Both the position numbers and the translations under genes were made by a program. A DNA stretch of 59,497 nucleotides, counting the filler, from Porpidia crustulata (lineage: Eukaryota), in assembly GCA_964255105.1 (NCBI GenBank). It is 8 parts of 8 records of this genome, joined end to end, with 100 filler letters (N's around TTAATTAATTAA, not from the genome) between each part and the next. Parts side by side here need not be neighbours in the genome. Positions count along the whole stretch, not along the records: positions 7,467 to 14,832 come from CAXUWE010001345.1; positions 14,933 to 22,287 come from CAXUWE010001346.1; positions 22,388 to 29,740 come from CAXUWE010001347.1; 5 more parts are not named here. One strand, written 5' to 3'. A model generated the notes under the pieces. It was not told where the DNA came from and did no database searches. It saw nothing but the letters and a program-made list of their open reading frames with translations. Every line of letters starts with the position of its first letter. Position 1 is the first letter of the stretch. This document shows positions 14,014 through 25,135 of the stretch, in pieces.

Positions 14014-14773
14014 TAGAGTAAATTACCTATGTACTTATGATTGGCGTCGGGCATATTTATAGATATCATATACCTTGCTATGAGCCTCCAATTCAATCAC
14101 TCTGAAGCCAGCGGTTTTGGAAAGCTGAACCCCGTGCTCGTCAAATAAAATTACTTGTCTCGCGAGCAGCTCATTCCCAATTCACTCTTGACTTTGACGA
14201 AAACCCACCACCCGATGCCGCCGTATTAATTATTGCGTGTAAGATCCATGGCGAGCTACCGTTGGCCTCGCCCTCGAGCCTAGAGTACATAGCACTCGGT
14301 TGGTAAAAGAAAAGATACGACCCCTCCCCTGGCGCCCCAGGAATCTTGTTAGTATAAGGGGCCTAGTTGCCTGAAAGTGCTTGAAGTGTAGCATTTGGGT
14401 TGTAACAGGGCCTGATTAGGGGGGCATCCGGCGGTGTCTTTAGGTACAGGGTGCATCGTTTATTTCTTCCCCAGAGCCTCCTTAGCGCAAATCCCCCAAA
14501 CCCGTAGGACGACGCCCAAACTGAAAAGCCTACTTTAACCTCACCGACACCCTTCCCTTGCCATTTTCACTTCGTTCTCTATTTCTCTTTCCCACATTCA
14601 TTCCAATCTCCAATCATTCCTCCAAATTCGTGTCCCCGACGGTTTTTTCCATCCTAGCCCTGCCCATCAAAGTGCCTGCCACTGCATCTCCTCCGAACCC
14701 ATCTCATCCCCACCTCAAGCACTGACTCCCATTCCCACCTCGTATCCTCCTACCCCTCGCCGAGCCCCACATC

Positions 14774-14801
14774 ATGGGCTTCCTCGAAAAAATCCAAGAC
14801 C
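14774..14801 (+). CDS. Probable first exon of a small fungal protein (MGFLEKIQD..), cut by the contig end
   Basis: ATG in good context (ATCATG) after a long CT-rich leader. It is too short to assign. Confidence 0.25.
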
Positions 14802-14832
14802 GTCCGTACCCTTCCCCCTCACCTTTCTACAC

Positions 14833-14932
14833 NNNNNNNNNNNNNNNNNNNNNNNNNNNNNNNNNNNNNNNNNNNNTTAATTAATTAANNNNNNNNNNNN
14901 NNNNNNNNNNNNNNNNNNNNNNNNNNNNNNNN
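14833..14932. other. Artificial contig spacer
   Basis: N44-TTAATTAATTAA-N44. Confidence 0.99.
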
Positions 14933-15411
14933 GGCCTGGGCTCATGATCGGTGGTATTTTGGTGAGGCGGGGAGGCGATGATGATAGTGTGGACAGGGAA
15001 AAGTTGTGCTGTTGGGGGATTGGTATCTTGCCTGGATGTTCGATTGGGGTACGAAGAAATTTCTTTTCTTCATATCCGTATGCTTATTAATTCGCTCGTC
15101 CCTTCCATCCATTACAACTTCTCCCTTAGTCCTGGGGTTCAAAGATCTATTTTTCTGTTGCCCCGTTAATTGTACAGTTGTTGGAAAAAACGGAAAAACA
15201 ATGGGGTATTTTGCTAGACGAAAAGGAAAAAGGACGCCGATGCTGTGATGCTGAAAGACCCCGCTGAAAGTGATATGAGATCCGCAAAGAAAGGAAGAGA
15301 TCAGCGGGGGGTGGGCCATCGAGAGTTCCGCCAATTACCACCACGTCCCTTAATGCCTCCTCCCACCCCCGGGCGATAAGCCCGTCTAATTTCAGAAACA
15401 TTCCCCTATTT

Positions 15412-16002
15412 CTAAACAGCCGCCCTCCCGGTAAATGTAGACCGCGACCTCCGATTTTTCAAAAACACCGCCGCGCCAACGATCGCCGTAAGAAGCCAAA
15501 GCAAGAGGTTTGCAAAATCGACCCAAACGGCGCTGTATAGGTTGCGATTGTTGCGTCGGTAATTCACGACGTCGTGGCGGTAGGCGATGCCGATACTGAC
15601 GCAGAATACGACGATCCAGAGGATTCTGTAAGGGTCGCGCAATGATCAGCAGACGCGCGACAAATTCACCCCGAGCGGCATGGGAAACAGAAAATTGGCA
15701 TGTTATCGAAAAGAGCAAGGTCAGAAAACTTACAGCAGCAACAGATCCCACGGCCACGCGCGCCAGATCTTCAGTTTCGGAATCACGTAAACGAGGCAAG
15801 TAATCGCGCTCAGGGCGGCCGTGACTTCGGCGAACACCCACATCCCGTCCTGGTGCTCGTGTCTGATTCTCGCGCGGTTGATCTCGGCGCCGTAGAGGCC
15901 GGTGACGGTGATGGCGAGGATGAATTGGAGGAAGCGGATGACGGCGTTTGCGATGGGGAAGCCGGTGAAGGGGGCTTCGGAGGATCCGAATTTGAAGGCC
16001 AT
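15412..16002 (-). CDS. MARVEL (membrane-associating) domain protein, 2 exons
   Basis: IRFLQFILAITVTGLYG..WVFAEVTAALSAIT..WDLLLLILWIVVF..AVWVDFANLLLWLLTA gives four TM helices. Intron 15626-15733. Confidence 0.85.
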
Positions 16003-16773
16003 GGCGGTAGTTGTGGAAAGATTTGGGGGGGGGGGGTGATTTGCTGCTTAGGAAGAGCGAATGTAGAGTGATTCGGGATTCTGGAGATCGACGGTGGTGG
16101 CAGGTAATAATAGCGATGTTGATAAAGGGATGACTGTTAAAATGAATATTCAATCGCGAAAAGGTCACGCGGTCTGACGGGCATGCGACGTCAGTGGCTC
16201 AAAGGGAATTTTCCATTTCAGACGCGGATGTTTTGTGTGCAGGTGAGAAGGCGCCCAATTCGTGATGGTCTCGGCGCTGCTTTAGGCCGTCTCCTCACTT
16301 TGTTATTTTGAGTCCCTGAATTGCGAAATCGATCTAACGGTATTGATCGGTAATTTTCTAGACGATTCGATGGCTACCTAGAGTAAATATCCGAATTTAG
16401 GGGACTTCCTATGTCTCAGAGTATCCTTAAATTACGTGGCAGTACAGGGGCGCAGCATACGGGAGCCTCAGCAGTCCACTATTGCATCTAGATCATTCCA
16501 AATGTCATGCCCTGGATCATTAAACAGCTACATCATATGATTTGTCACTTCAACCTTCGTGATGCTGAAATGATCGCTCAGATTCTTGAACAGGAGTCCA
16601 ACGTGAGCCCATGGGACGTGTATGCCATGCTTGGCAGCTACGCATTCCCCTCTTAGTACGATCAATTTAATAATGATTTGAGGCGCAGGCAGGCAAGAAA
16701 CTGCCATGCAAAGCTCGTCGTCAATCTTTTTGTTCATGGACCGATACTAGTGGCGCGATAGTCGCTGATCTTT

Positions 16774-19025
16774 TCAGACGAGAACGATTGTTTCCAGCGG
16801 TGCCGCAACGAAGAACGAGTTGTGGACCGAGTTGCAGATTCCCACTCGCTGGTACTTGGAAGATGAGTATTCATCCTGGTATCCATAACCTCCCTGTGTT
16901 CGATATTGTCTGAGCAATAACATCGACGATCTTCCAATCTGAAGGCATGTTAACTCTTTCAAGTCGCTGCCTGAAAAGACATCTGGTGAATCCCAGTAGC
17001 CTTTCTCTGGCAGAAGATAGTCTAGCTGTGCAACAACTTCTTGCTTGTGGGGCTCGTATGCCACTAGCTGACCGGTACTGAGGTTTTGGGCATGAATAAA
17101 CTCAGAGATGCAGCCTGAGAAATCGAACTCTCCTTTGGCATTGTGCCAAGGTACGATCGAATTCCATTCTCTCCTCGTCGACGCTTTGGCCAAAAGGCGC
17201 CGAAATCGACCGCGGACCGTGACTGATTTGATCTCAGCGCCTCTCTTGACTACTTTCGAGGCTTTGTCAAAACCACCACCAGAACCAAGCCGCGAGTCTT
17301 CCAGCAGCACAAAGTCACTCGTCGGTTCTACCATATTCTGTGTTGCAATGTCGGAGCATACTGGGATAGAAGCCCAAGACCACGTGGGTGCTACGGAATC
17401 GAGTCTGCGCTCCGGTGCGCCTGGGGCTCGGACCGACCAAGAAAGATCCTGTGCAAAAGTATGTCGCCAGAGGCCGGCCAGATATTCCTGCCCCCTTACT
17501 TCCTCGTTCTCATCTGTATATGGGCCAAGGTACTGGACAGCCAGACCCATAATTGCTGGAAAGCGATCGGAACTATCGTATATATTGCGCTTCACATAGA
17601 CTTTAACAAGCTCCAGCCATTGTTCATGAAGCGCCACCAAATCCTGCCTCCGACAAGCTCGCAAGAAGCTCTGAGGATGTCGCATCCAGGCAAATCTGTC
17701 TGGACCTTGCAATCGTGGGAGCTCGCCATTTTGTCCGGTCTCAACTTGTTGGGAGACCGAACATGACCAATACAACCTCTGGCCACACACATAGAGCATT
17801 CGAGGGGTCAAACGCTCCTCCTGCAACGTCCAGGCTCGCGTGAATAAATTCGAGCGCAGGCGGATCTCGTTCAGAGGCATGTCAACATTTGCCAGCCAGT
17901 GCCCGGAATACAATCTGCAAGCACCTGTCTTATATCGCCAGGCTTCCCTGAAATACGGTATCTGCTCCGTGGCTTTCATACTCGAGCAAGTGGCAAGCGT
18001 CACATACGAATTGCCATAGACTTCATCCATCTTTGATGCTTCCTCATTCCAATCACCGGGTGGCACAATACAAATGTCATCGATCCAAATGTATCGCAGA
18101 CCAAGACTGAGTGTCAATCTGATGGCATCAAGGATTGTGCCTGGGAGGCCTGCCATAGGAAAGCCTTCCCTTCTCTGATGCGAATTCTTCTCCTGGGTTG
18201 CGGCAGCCTTGATATCCGCTTTCTCATCGTCGGTGGCAAGTTCCACCCCCCAGGTATAGCTCAGAGCGACGTAGGGAACATGGTCGAACTTTGAGCCCTC
18301 AACCAATCGGAGCATTCCCGAAGTAGGATTGATGAAAATGAGGTTAGTTGGATTGCGCCGAGATCTACCAAGATTCCTGCATTCAGTGTGTGTCTCATGA
18401 CAGATTCTCAACCAGCCATTGACCTCAGCATTCACGGCGCTATGCGTACGGTCAGCGCAAAGGTTGACAGGAGGTGTGCCCTGCTGGCGCGTGCATGACA
18501 GTTCCGCAATCGTATGGTCTTGCAATGTGTCTCCAACGCCAATTGTCAACAGATTTTGATTGAAGTCGCTGGCTGAGCCCTGTTGCGAAGGCGGTAGCTG
18601 CGCCCAGATGTGACCTAAGAAGATCTTCGAGTCAGTATTACCTTTCGAGGAATGAACAGAATATCTGGATAGTATGCCAGTCCTTCATTGGGAGCCATTC
18701 ACGCTCCGAACCCAATCTTTAGAACAGAGCAACTGAAGGTTTGGTATTACAGACCTGGCAAACTCTGAGGCCTATCAGCTTCCTCCTTTGTGATCTGGCG
18801 CAACCAAATCGCTCTGTACAAGACTCGACATGTGGCACATTTATTGGCGCATATCCTCAGCTCTTCGAGACTTTTGTGAAAGACAGCTTTTAGGGCTCGT
18901 GGATTGATGAACCTCTTGCTTTCAATCTCCCGCCTCTTCTCGAACATGGACCCGATGACTTGACAGCCATTGCACTCGCGTAATGCGTCGTGATTCTTTC
19001 TCAACTTGCAGAAGTCGTATCCCAT
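16774..19025 (-). CDS. HET (heterokaryon incompatibility) domain protein, apparently intact, 2 exons
   Basis: YVALSYTWG, TILDAI..LGLRYIWIDDICI, DWNEEASKMDEVY, RAWTLQE, YLAGLW and APTWSWAS. An intron at 18615-18754 (GTCTGT..TACTGAC..TTAG) joins ORF 18747-19025 in frame. Confidence 0.92.
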
Positions 19026-19822
19026 GATGTTAGGTGAAGAAAGACAGCCTCACTTAGGATGATTCAATATTAGCCTTCTCCAAGAAGGAAGGTTATGCAA
19101 CACGGGGGTGAAGAGAGATAGCACCTACAGCTGTAGTGCTGGACGATCTCCAGGAGACTCAGAATCTAGACCATGAGTTATGAAGACTTCCCACGTTGTG
19201 GAACAATCCTACAACCAGCTGAAACGGATAGTCCGGCAAGTCCTGGTTGATCAACGTGTTTGAAACAATGCTGACCCACTATTGCTCCTATGCACATCGT
19301 CACTACAACTGAGAGTCTTGCGAGACTTGCATATGCAGCCTTACCAGATGTAGGGGGGTTACGATTCGTTAGCGATGAAACGCCACCTTTCAGCTGGGGC
19401 TGAAAAGTCTCCGCTTCAATAGCCGGCCGCAAGCACAGTACTGTGCCCCTGGCTAGCGATACAAGTTTATTGAGCCTCCTTTTGAACATGAAACAAAGTA
19501 ACTCAAGATAAGCGACAGGAGCATCAATCTATGCAGCGCCTTGGAGAATCACTGCCGGTAGACATTTCACCACCTAGCTTGCATGTGGCACGACGATGTT
19601 GATTCGCCGCTGCTGTTGCCACCGATGATACCACACTTTAAAGCAAAGCACAGGAAGAATGACATTAAATTATCGGAGTGACTGTGTCTACCTGCTTGAA
19701 CAAGAATGGTACAATCTCAACGATACACTCTACCAAGCCCTTGCCATCTTGCTTTTTCCATTTCATCTACCCACGCTTGATCATAATCAGGAAAGCAACC
19801 AGTCTACTCAGCGATAGAATCA

Positions 19823-20523
19823 TCAAACACCACTGTATCCATACCCGCCTTGCGGCATCTCAACCTCCTCGATCACACCATTCCCTTTCCCATTTTTTTG
19901 TTGGCTATACTCCCGGAGTTGCAAGCTATCAGTAACCAAGGTAGCCAGCGAAATAATACTGTGTGAAAACGGCCCTCAGCCATACATTCCTTTCAAAGCA
20001 TAGCTTAGATGAATACTCACGCAGCAATAAACGCAAATGCCACCGGCGCAGCTAAATTCCCAAAGACAGAAACCTTCCCCGCAACAGCAGCTCCGCTTGC
20101 GATATCAGCGATGACAAGGCAGCCCTGTAGGATTATGCTGGAAATGTAGGCGATCTTGCGCTTGAGATAGTACGCTTCTTGTGTGATCCCCGCTGGCAAC
20201 GCACGCTGAAGATAGAGGAGGCGCCAGAAGACGAGGGCTGTGCATACGAGACCAGCGATGCCCTGGATAAACAAATTTATGAGTATTGGCACTTTTTGAG
20301 AATGGCGGGAGGGCGGCGGAGGTAGGGAACTTACAACACCGCCAACTGCCCACGGTATTGTCTTCGCATTAAGATCCGCATTTGCACTGCCTATACTGGA
20401 CACGGAGTCCGCGCTCAGTTTCTGGCCGTTACTGACAGATGTGGCTATGCCGGCGATGAACATGATCAGGTGAACCACTATGACCAGGTAATGTGAGACC
20501 TGCCATATGGTGTTGTTTGCCAT
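19823..20523 (-). CDS. Uncharacterised ~4-TM membrane protein, 3 exons
   Basis: Introns 20263-20334 and 19959-20020 have canonical sites. The spliced product has four hydrophobic segments and ends ..EEVEMPQGGYGYSGV*. Confidence 0.7.
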
Positions 20524-21174
20524 CTCGAAGTCGGTAAGGCGGAATTGGATGAGATGATATCAATTGAAGGCCACGAGAGGTTTTGAAAGCGTTTGAGGTC
20601 GAGAGAATGGTGCGATCTGAAAGACGCAGCGAGGGAGTTGATTGCTTGGGAGGATTGAAGAAAGGATGAAGGAAAGCAGGAACCTGTTAGCAAACCATGG
20701 ATTACTTCTTATGCTGATCGTCCACGGCATGGTCGAAATTGAGATCGATAGCTGAGGCGATCTTGGTTCCGTCTGTTGGTGCTTTTGGATACCTTAGCGT
20801 CATGGGTGGAGGTCTTGGCGGTGCTTTTGGCCGTGCATAGCCTCATGCATGCAGCCCCATGCATGCAACCTCGCCACTAAACTAAGCTGAGGCTGCGCTG
20901 GCGGCACGCAATGAGCTAATCTATCTTGTTTTTATTCCACGTAGAGATATATGGTTGCGTTGAGAAGATTCTTTCAGCTGAGTGTTTAGCGGCATGTGAT
21001 GTTTGAGATACTTGTAGCCATAGAGTCTGGAAGTGTTCAGCTATGCCAAGAAAGAACGTCAGCGAACACAAGCATCAGGACTCAGTCGAAAACACCCAAA
21101 GCCTTCGAATGTGATGATGAATATCATATCAGCGGGCCGTCTGAATAATCCTGCGATCTTATCATTCTCCTGGG

Positions 21175-22287
21175 ATGGATGCGTCTACTCCTGCCTCAAG
21201 CCACCTACAGCCAAGACCGTCTCCTGAAACATGGACACGGCACAAAGAAAAAATCATCACGTTGTACGCTGCACAACAATCGCCGCTCAAAGATGTACAG
21301 CGCACAATGACCCAGGAGCATGGATTTGTCGCTAGGTATGTTGACCCTCGCTATTGAATGCCAATCCATGAATATTTGTTTTTTCGTTCCACCAACATGA
21401 TTATATTGAGAAGCCTGAGGACGTAAGAATTTCCTATCTGGGTCGGTGCTTTTGGTCATCTCAAGATTGCATATCGCTCTTCGCTGTTCATGCACATCAC
21501 TACCATCCACCTGCAGCATTAACCTATCTCTAGCAAACGTGAGTACGAGATCCGCTTTAAGAAATGGGGGTCAGCAAGAATCTCAATTTCGAGCAAAGGG
21601 AAGAAATGCTTCGTCGGATCAGAGTCGGCGAGGATGCCTTCAGCGGTGGAAATGCCATCACCAACTTGAATCGGAGACTCAGACGACATAAGTACACCCA
21701 AACGAAACAACAGGTCGGAGAGCACCGGCGTCGAGGCAGATCGAGGCCCCAATCTGAGGTAGAGACTGAGAATATTAGAGTCACCCCTCGCTCCAGCTAT
21801 GCAGTCGTCAGCAATACAGCATCCTCGAATGGTGTGGACTCACTCGACAGTGAAGACTGTGCTAGCCTTGCCAGCTCGACTTATCAAGCATTAGCCAACT
21901 CGCAATACTCTTCTGGAACCAGCCTCCAAGCTCCTCGCCTCTCCACAGATCGAGGTTTGAGCCAAACGCGGAAAAATGATGCCACCATCCCATATCCCTC
22001 AAACACCTACTGGAATCATGAACTCCTTTTACTAGGCACAGGATCCCCTAAGTCAATCTCACCGCAGCCAACAGCAGGCCCCACGGCACTGAACCTCAGC
22101 CTATTCTTGAGATGCGTCCGTGACTTTGCCGAATGGTCGTTCCAAACAACCGCCTCTTCTCCCACAGAAACACCCCAGCTCACCCACCCAGCTTCAGAAC
22201 CCTTTACGCTCAAAATCTTCTGGCAAACCCTCAACAACTGCATTTACCTCTACAAACTCGACGACCTCCTCCACGCCACCCCCCTCC
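21175..22287 (+). CDS. Clr5-domain protein (3'-truncated)
   Basis: WTRHKEKIITLY..LKDVQRTMTQEHGFVAS|KREYEIRFKKWGVSKN matches the Clr5 domain pattern. Intron 21336-21533. Confidence 0.8.
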
Positions 22288-22387
22288 NNNNNNNNNNNNN
22301 NNNNNNNNNNNNNNNNNNNNNNNNNNNNNNNTTAATTAATTAANNNNNNNNNNNNNNNNNNNNNNNNNNNNNNNNNNNNNNNNNNNN
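22288..22387. other. Artificial contig spacer
   Basis: N44-TTAATTAATTAA-N44. Confidence 0.99.
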
Positions 22388-22866
22388 GTGTTTGACGAAG
22401 CCGACGCCTTTGGGGAAGAGGTCGTCCCAGGCCTTGTTCGATTCGGGGCTGGGTTCGTGGGTGAAGGTGCGGTTGTAGATCCAGGGGGCTTTGATGGTGC
22501 CGACGGGTTGGAGGAGTTCTGGTGGGACGGGGGTTTAGAGTGAGTCTTTTGGGGGGTTCAGAGAAAACTCTGAGGAAACGTACTTTCGAGTGTTTGTGGA
22601 GCGATGGACTTGCGGTATCCGGCGTAGAAGCCTGCGGTGCCGGACATTGTCAAGGTTATTAGGAGGAGGAGGAGGAGGTAGGTGGTCGACCAGCCTCGGG
22701 GCGTTGAGGGTTGGGAAGGTGAGTTGAAGGAATCTTTGCTGCTGCTGTCTTCCGAGTTTCGAAGAGGTTCTTTGGCTTCCTCAAGAGTCGAGATCGGCGT
22801 ATACCGTTGGCCTTTGACGTATGAGAGAAAGGACTTCATGGTTCTTGATGATGATCTTGAAGACAT
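22388..22866 (-). CDS. DUF3328/UstYa-like oxidase, 5' half (truncated by the contig end before the HxxHC motifs)
   Basis: Hydrophilic N-terminus and a single TM helix (YLLLLLLITLTMSGTAGFYAG). Intron 22519-22583, then WIYNRTFTHEPSPESNKAWDDLFPKGVGFVKH, the PS-x-E-x-x-x-AW-x-x-L-x-P-x-G-x-GFV segment typical of DUF3328 proteins. Confidence 0.72.
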
Positions 22867-23312
22867 GGCTCTGATTTTTCTGCTGTAGAGACTCGATGCT
22901 TGTGGAGGAGATGGAAAAATGCCAAGGTGAAAGTAAATTGAACCTCGTGGTAGCTAATACGGCAAGTGAGTGCCAAAGTAGGTCTGGTCAAGAGTAGCAG
23001 TTGGGATCCATGCAATGCAAGCGTGCTTAAAGCAGCGAGGGGTCACACCCAAGACATTCTTCCGACTGCACGCTTTGAGTTCCCCGCCAAGTATAAAAAT
23101 CAAGATAGCCTTTGTTGATAGGGCGCCAAAGCATGCCCGTCAGTACAAAGTAAGCAGGTCGACCGCAGGACTGAAGCTTGCATTAGCGGTACTGTCCTCC
23201 TGGGTGGATGACCATGCCTATCGAGGTTTGACATATCAACCAAGGCCAGCGCCCAGGTTAGACTGGTCCCATTGAAAGTCGCAGTACTACTCACCGCATG
23301 ACTCCAGAGCTG

Positions 23313-23334
23313 CGGTCCACGGTCCACGGTCCAC
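23313..23334. promoter_or_regulatory. (CGGTCCA)x3 direct repeat at the centre of the divergent DUF3328/precursor promoter
   Basis: CGGTCCACGGTCCACGGTCCAC is seen directly. A Zn2Cys6-type CGG site is inference. Confidence 0.35.
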
Positions 23335-23769
23335 TGCTGACTGGTATGGAACGGTTTGACAGAAGCCACTTACGTCCGCAGGACCGGATTTCTAGAGGAA
23401 GAACACTATCCACTGCTAGTATCTGAGATGTCAATTGCATTGTACAAATGAAATTCAGTCGCTTATGCATACCTGTGAGAGTATTGGGTCACCTCCGACT
23501 TACTTGCAGGTCCAGGATCAACTGCTAGCAAGGAACCTACAACAACGGTGATTACCAGCGAGCACGCTATACCTACCGTAGGCTATCGAAATTGACGATA
23601 GGTTACTCCGAACCTGCGTCAGTCGGCTTCCTCCGTTTAACATATGCCTCTTCCTAAATCCTCATTCGTTACCGCCGTATATTCCCAGTCTTCCCCTTGA
23701 CCGTGAATCGAAGCAGCCTTTTCTCCGCAGAACCTTCCAATCGATAGCGAGCAATCGTATCCATTCAAC

Positions 23770-24375
23770 ATGAAAACCAATCTCTATCTGCGAGGACTTC
23801 TTATGTTGGCCGTGGTCGGTCATGCTCTTCCTGTTGACAATAGCAAGAGTAAATTTGGTAGCTAGCAAATGCTCTAAGTCTAAGGCTGACTCGGACCAGG
23901 CTTGAAACGCGAGGCTGCGGACGCCGATGATAAGGTCGTCTACACTTGGTCGCTCCCAGAAGAAAAGGCAAAGCGTGAGGCCGCAGATGCCGATGATAAG
24001 GTCGTTTACACCTGGTCTCTCCCCGAGGAAAAGACCAAACGAGAGGCAGCGGACGCCGACGACAAAGTAGTCTACACTTGGTCGCTCCCCGAAGAGAAAG
24101 CAAAGCGTGAAGCAGCCGACGCCGATGACAAGGTCGTCTACACCTGGTCTCTCCCAGAGGAAAAGACCAAACGAGAGGCAGCAGATGCTGACGACAAAGT
24201 CGTTTACACTTGGTCCCTTCCCGAAGAGAAGGCAAAGCGCGAGGCCGAAGCTGCGGATGCAGATGACAAGGTTGTCTACACATGGTCCCTCCCGGAGGAA
24301 AAGGCAAAGCGTGAGGCCGCCGATGCTGACGACAAGGTCGTCTACACCTGGTCCCTTCCGGAAGAGAAGAAATAG
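23770..24375 (+). CDS. Secreted Kex2-processed repeat protein (KEP) / putative dikaritin RiPP precursor, 184 aa, 7 repeats
   Basis: Exon 1 (23770-23848) encodes a signal-peptide-like MKTNLYLRGLLMLAVVGHA-LPVDNSK. Intron 23849-23899 (GTAAAT..GCTGAC..CAG) contains an in-frame stop. Exon 2 encodes 7 x KR-EA(EA)ADADDKVVYTWSLPEEK(A/T/K). Confidence 0.9.
23905..24372 (+). repeat. Coding tandem repeat, 66-bp unit x7 (one unit 72 bp)
   Basis: The units encode near-identical peptides with many third-position differences. Confidence 0.95.
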
Positions 24376-25135
24376 ACACAAAGATGGATAAGGCTTGACT
24401 AGGAGCAATATATGTTTATAGCCAAACTGGTCTTTCTAATAGCACTTGAGCGTGGGTGGAAGGCAATGAGCAGATCGTGCAGAAGACAACAATTTCGACA
24501 TCAAGTGTAAATCAATTATTCTTGCCAGCATGTTCATTTTTGGTTGCCGCTAGCCGTCCAATTATGAGCCCACAAAGTCGGAGAAACCGAGAATAAATAG
24601 ATTATATATGATGAAGAGGACAATGTGAGTGACAATTATCTGGGAGGTTTGGTGAATCTCACTTTCTCCCATCCTCAGCCTTCTCTCCGCGATGTTGTTG
24701 CACGTCCAAGAAATCAGGAGTATCATCATGGATTGATTTGATGCCTGGGCAAGTGTCTAAGATACACCCGCCATAAGATTAGGAAACGTGATGGACGAGT
24801 CGGGCAAACCTCACTGAGTTAATGGAGACTTGATAGCCAAAGGTCTGCTCCCAGGTCTACCATGTGGTCTCGAATAACCTCCGAATTATATTTGTCTTTG
24901 AAGCTGTAGGTTCGCTGGCAATACAAGCAGGTTGAATGTTTGCTAGCAAAAGCACCAGATTCTCAGTTTCTCGGGTTGTGTTGGTCATGAGACAAAGCTG
25001 TGCGGCGTGATCTCAACAGTTCCTTTAAAATCCCCTTGAGTCCACATAGTGAAACGAGGCTAGGTCGAAAGGTCTCAGCATCTCCTAAGGCTGGTAACCA
25101 AACAGTGGAACCAGTGCGGAGATTCTAATCCTTCG

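Noticed and set aside
22288..22387. Linking the Clr5/HET contig to the RiPP locus as one cluster
   Set aside because: They are separated by a spacer and the contigs are ordered by length, so adjacency is arbitrary.
23905..24372. CRISPR-like array
   Set aside because: The units are contiguous coding repeats with no unique spacers, in a eukaryotic context.
23770..24375. Alpha-factor-like mating pheromone precursor (KR-EA repeats)
   Set aside because: Pezizomycotina alpha-type pheromones have a WCxxxGxxCW-like Cys core. This repeat has no Cys, is strongly acidic, and neighbours a DUF3328-like gene.
23662..24408. 248-aa and 192-aa antisense ORFs with repeats
   Set aside because: These are shadow ORFs of the precursor repeat. 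Base variation is synonymous only in the + frame.
24720..24890. Possible third DUF3328 relic (WIDLMPG, VYHVVSNNLR) downstream of the precursor
   Set aside because: Two very short matches with no HxxHC or CxAD motif cannot be distinguished from chance without an HMM search.
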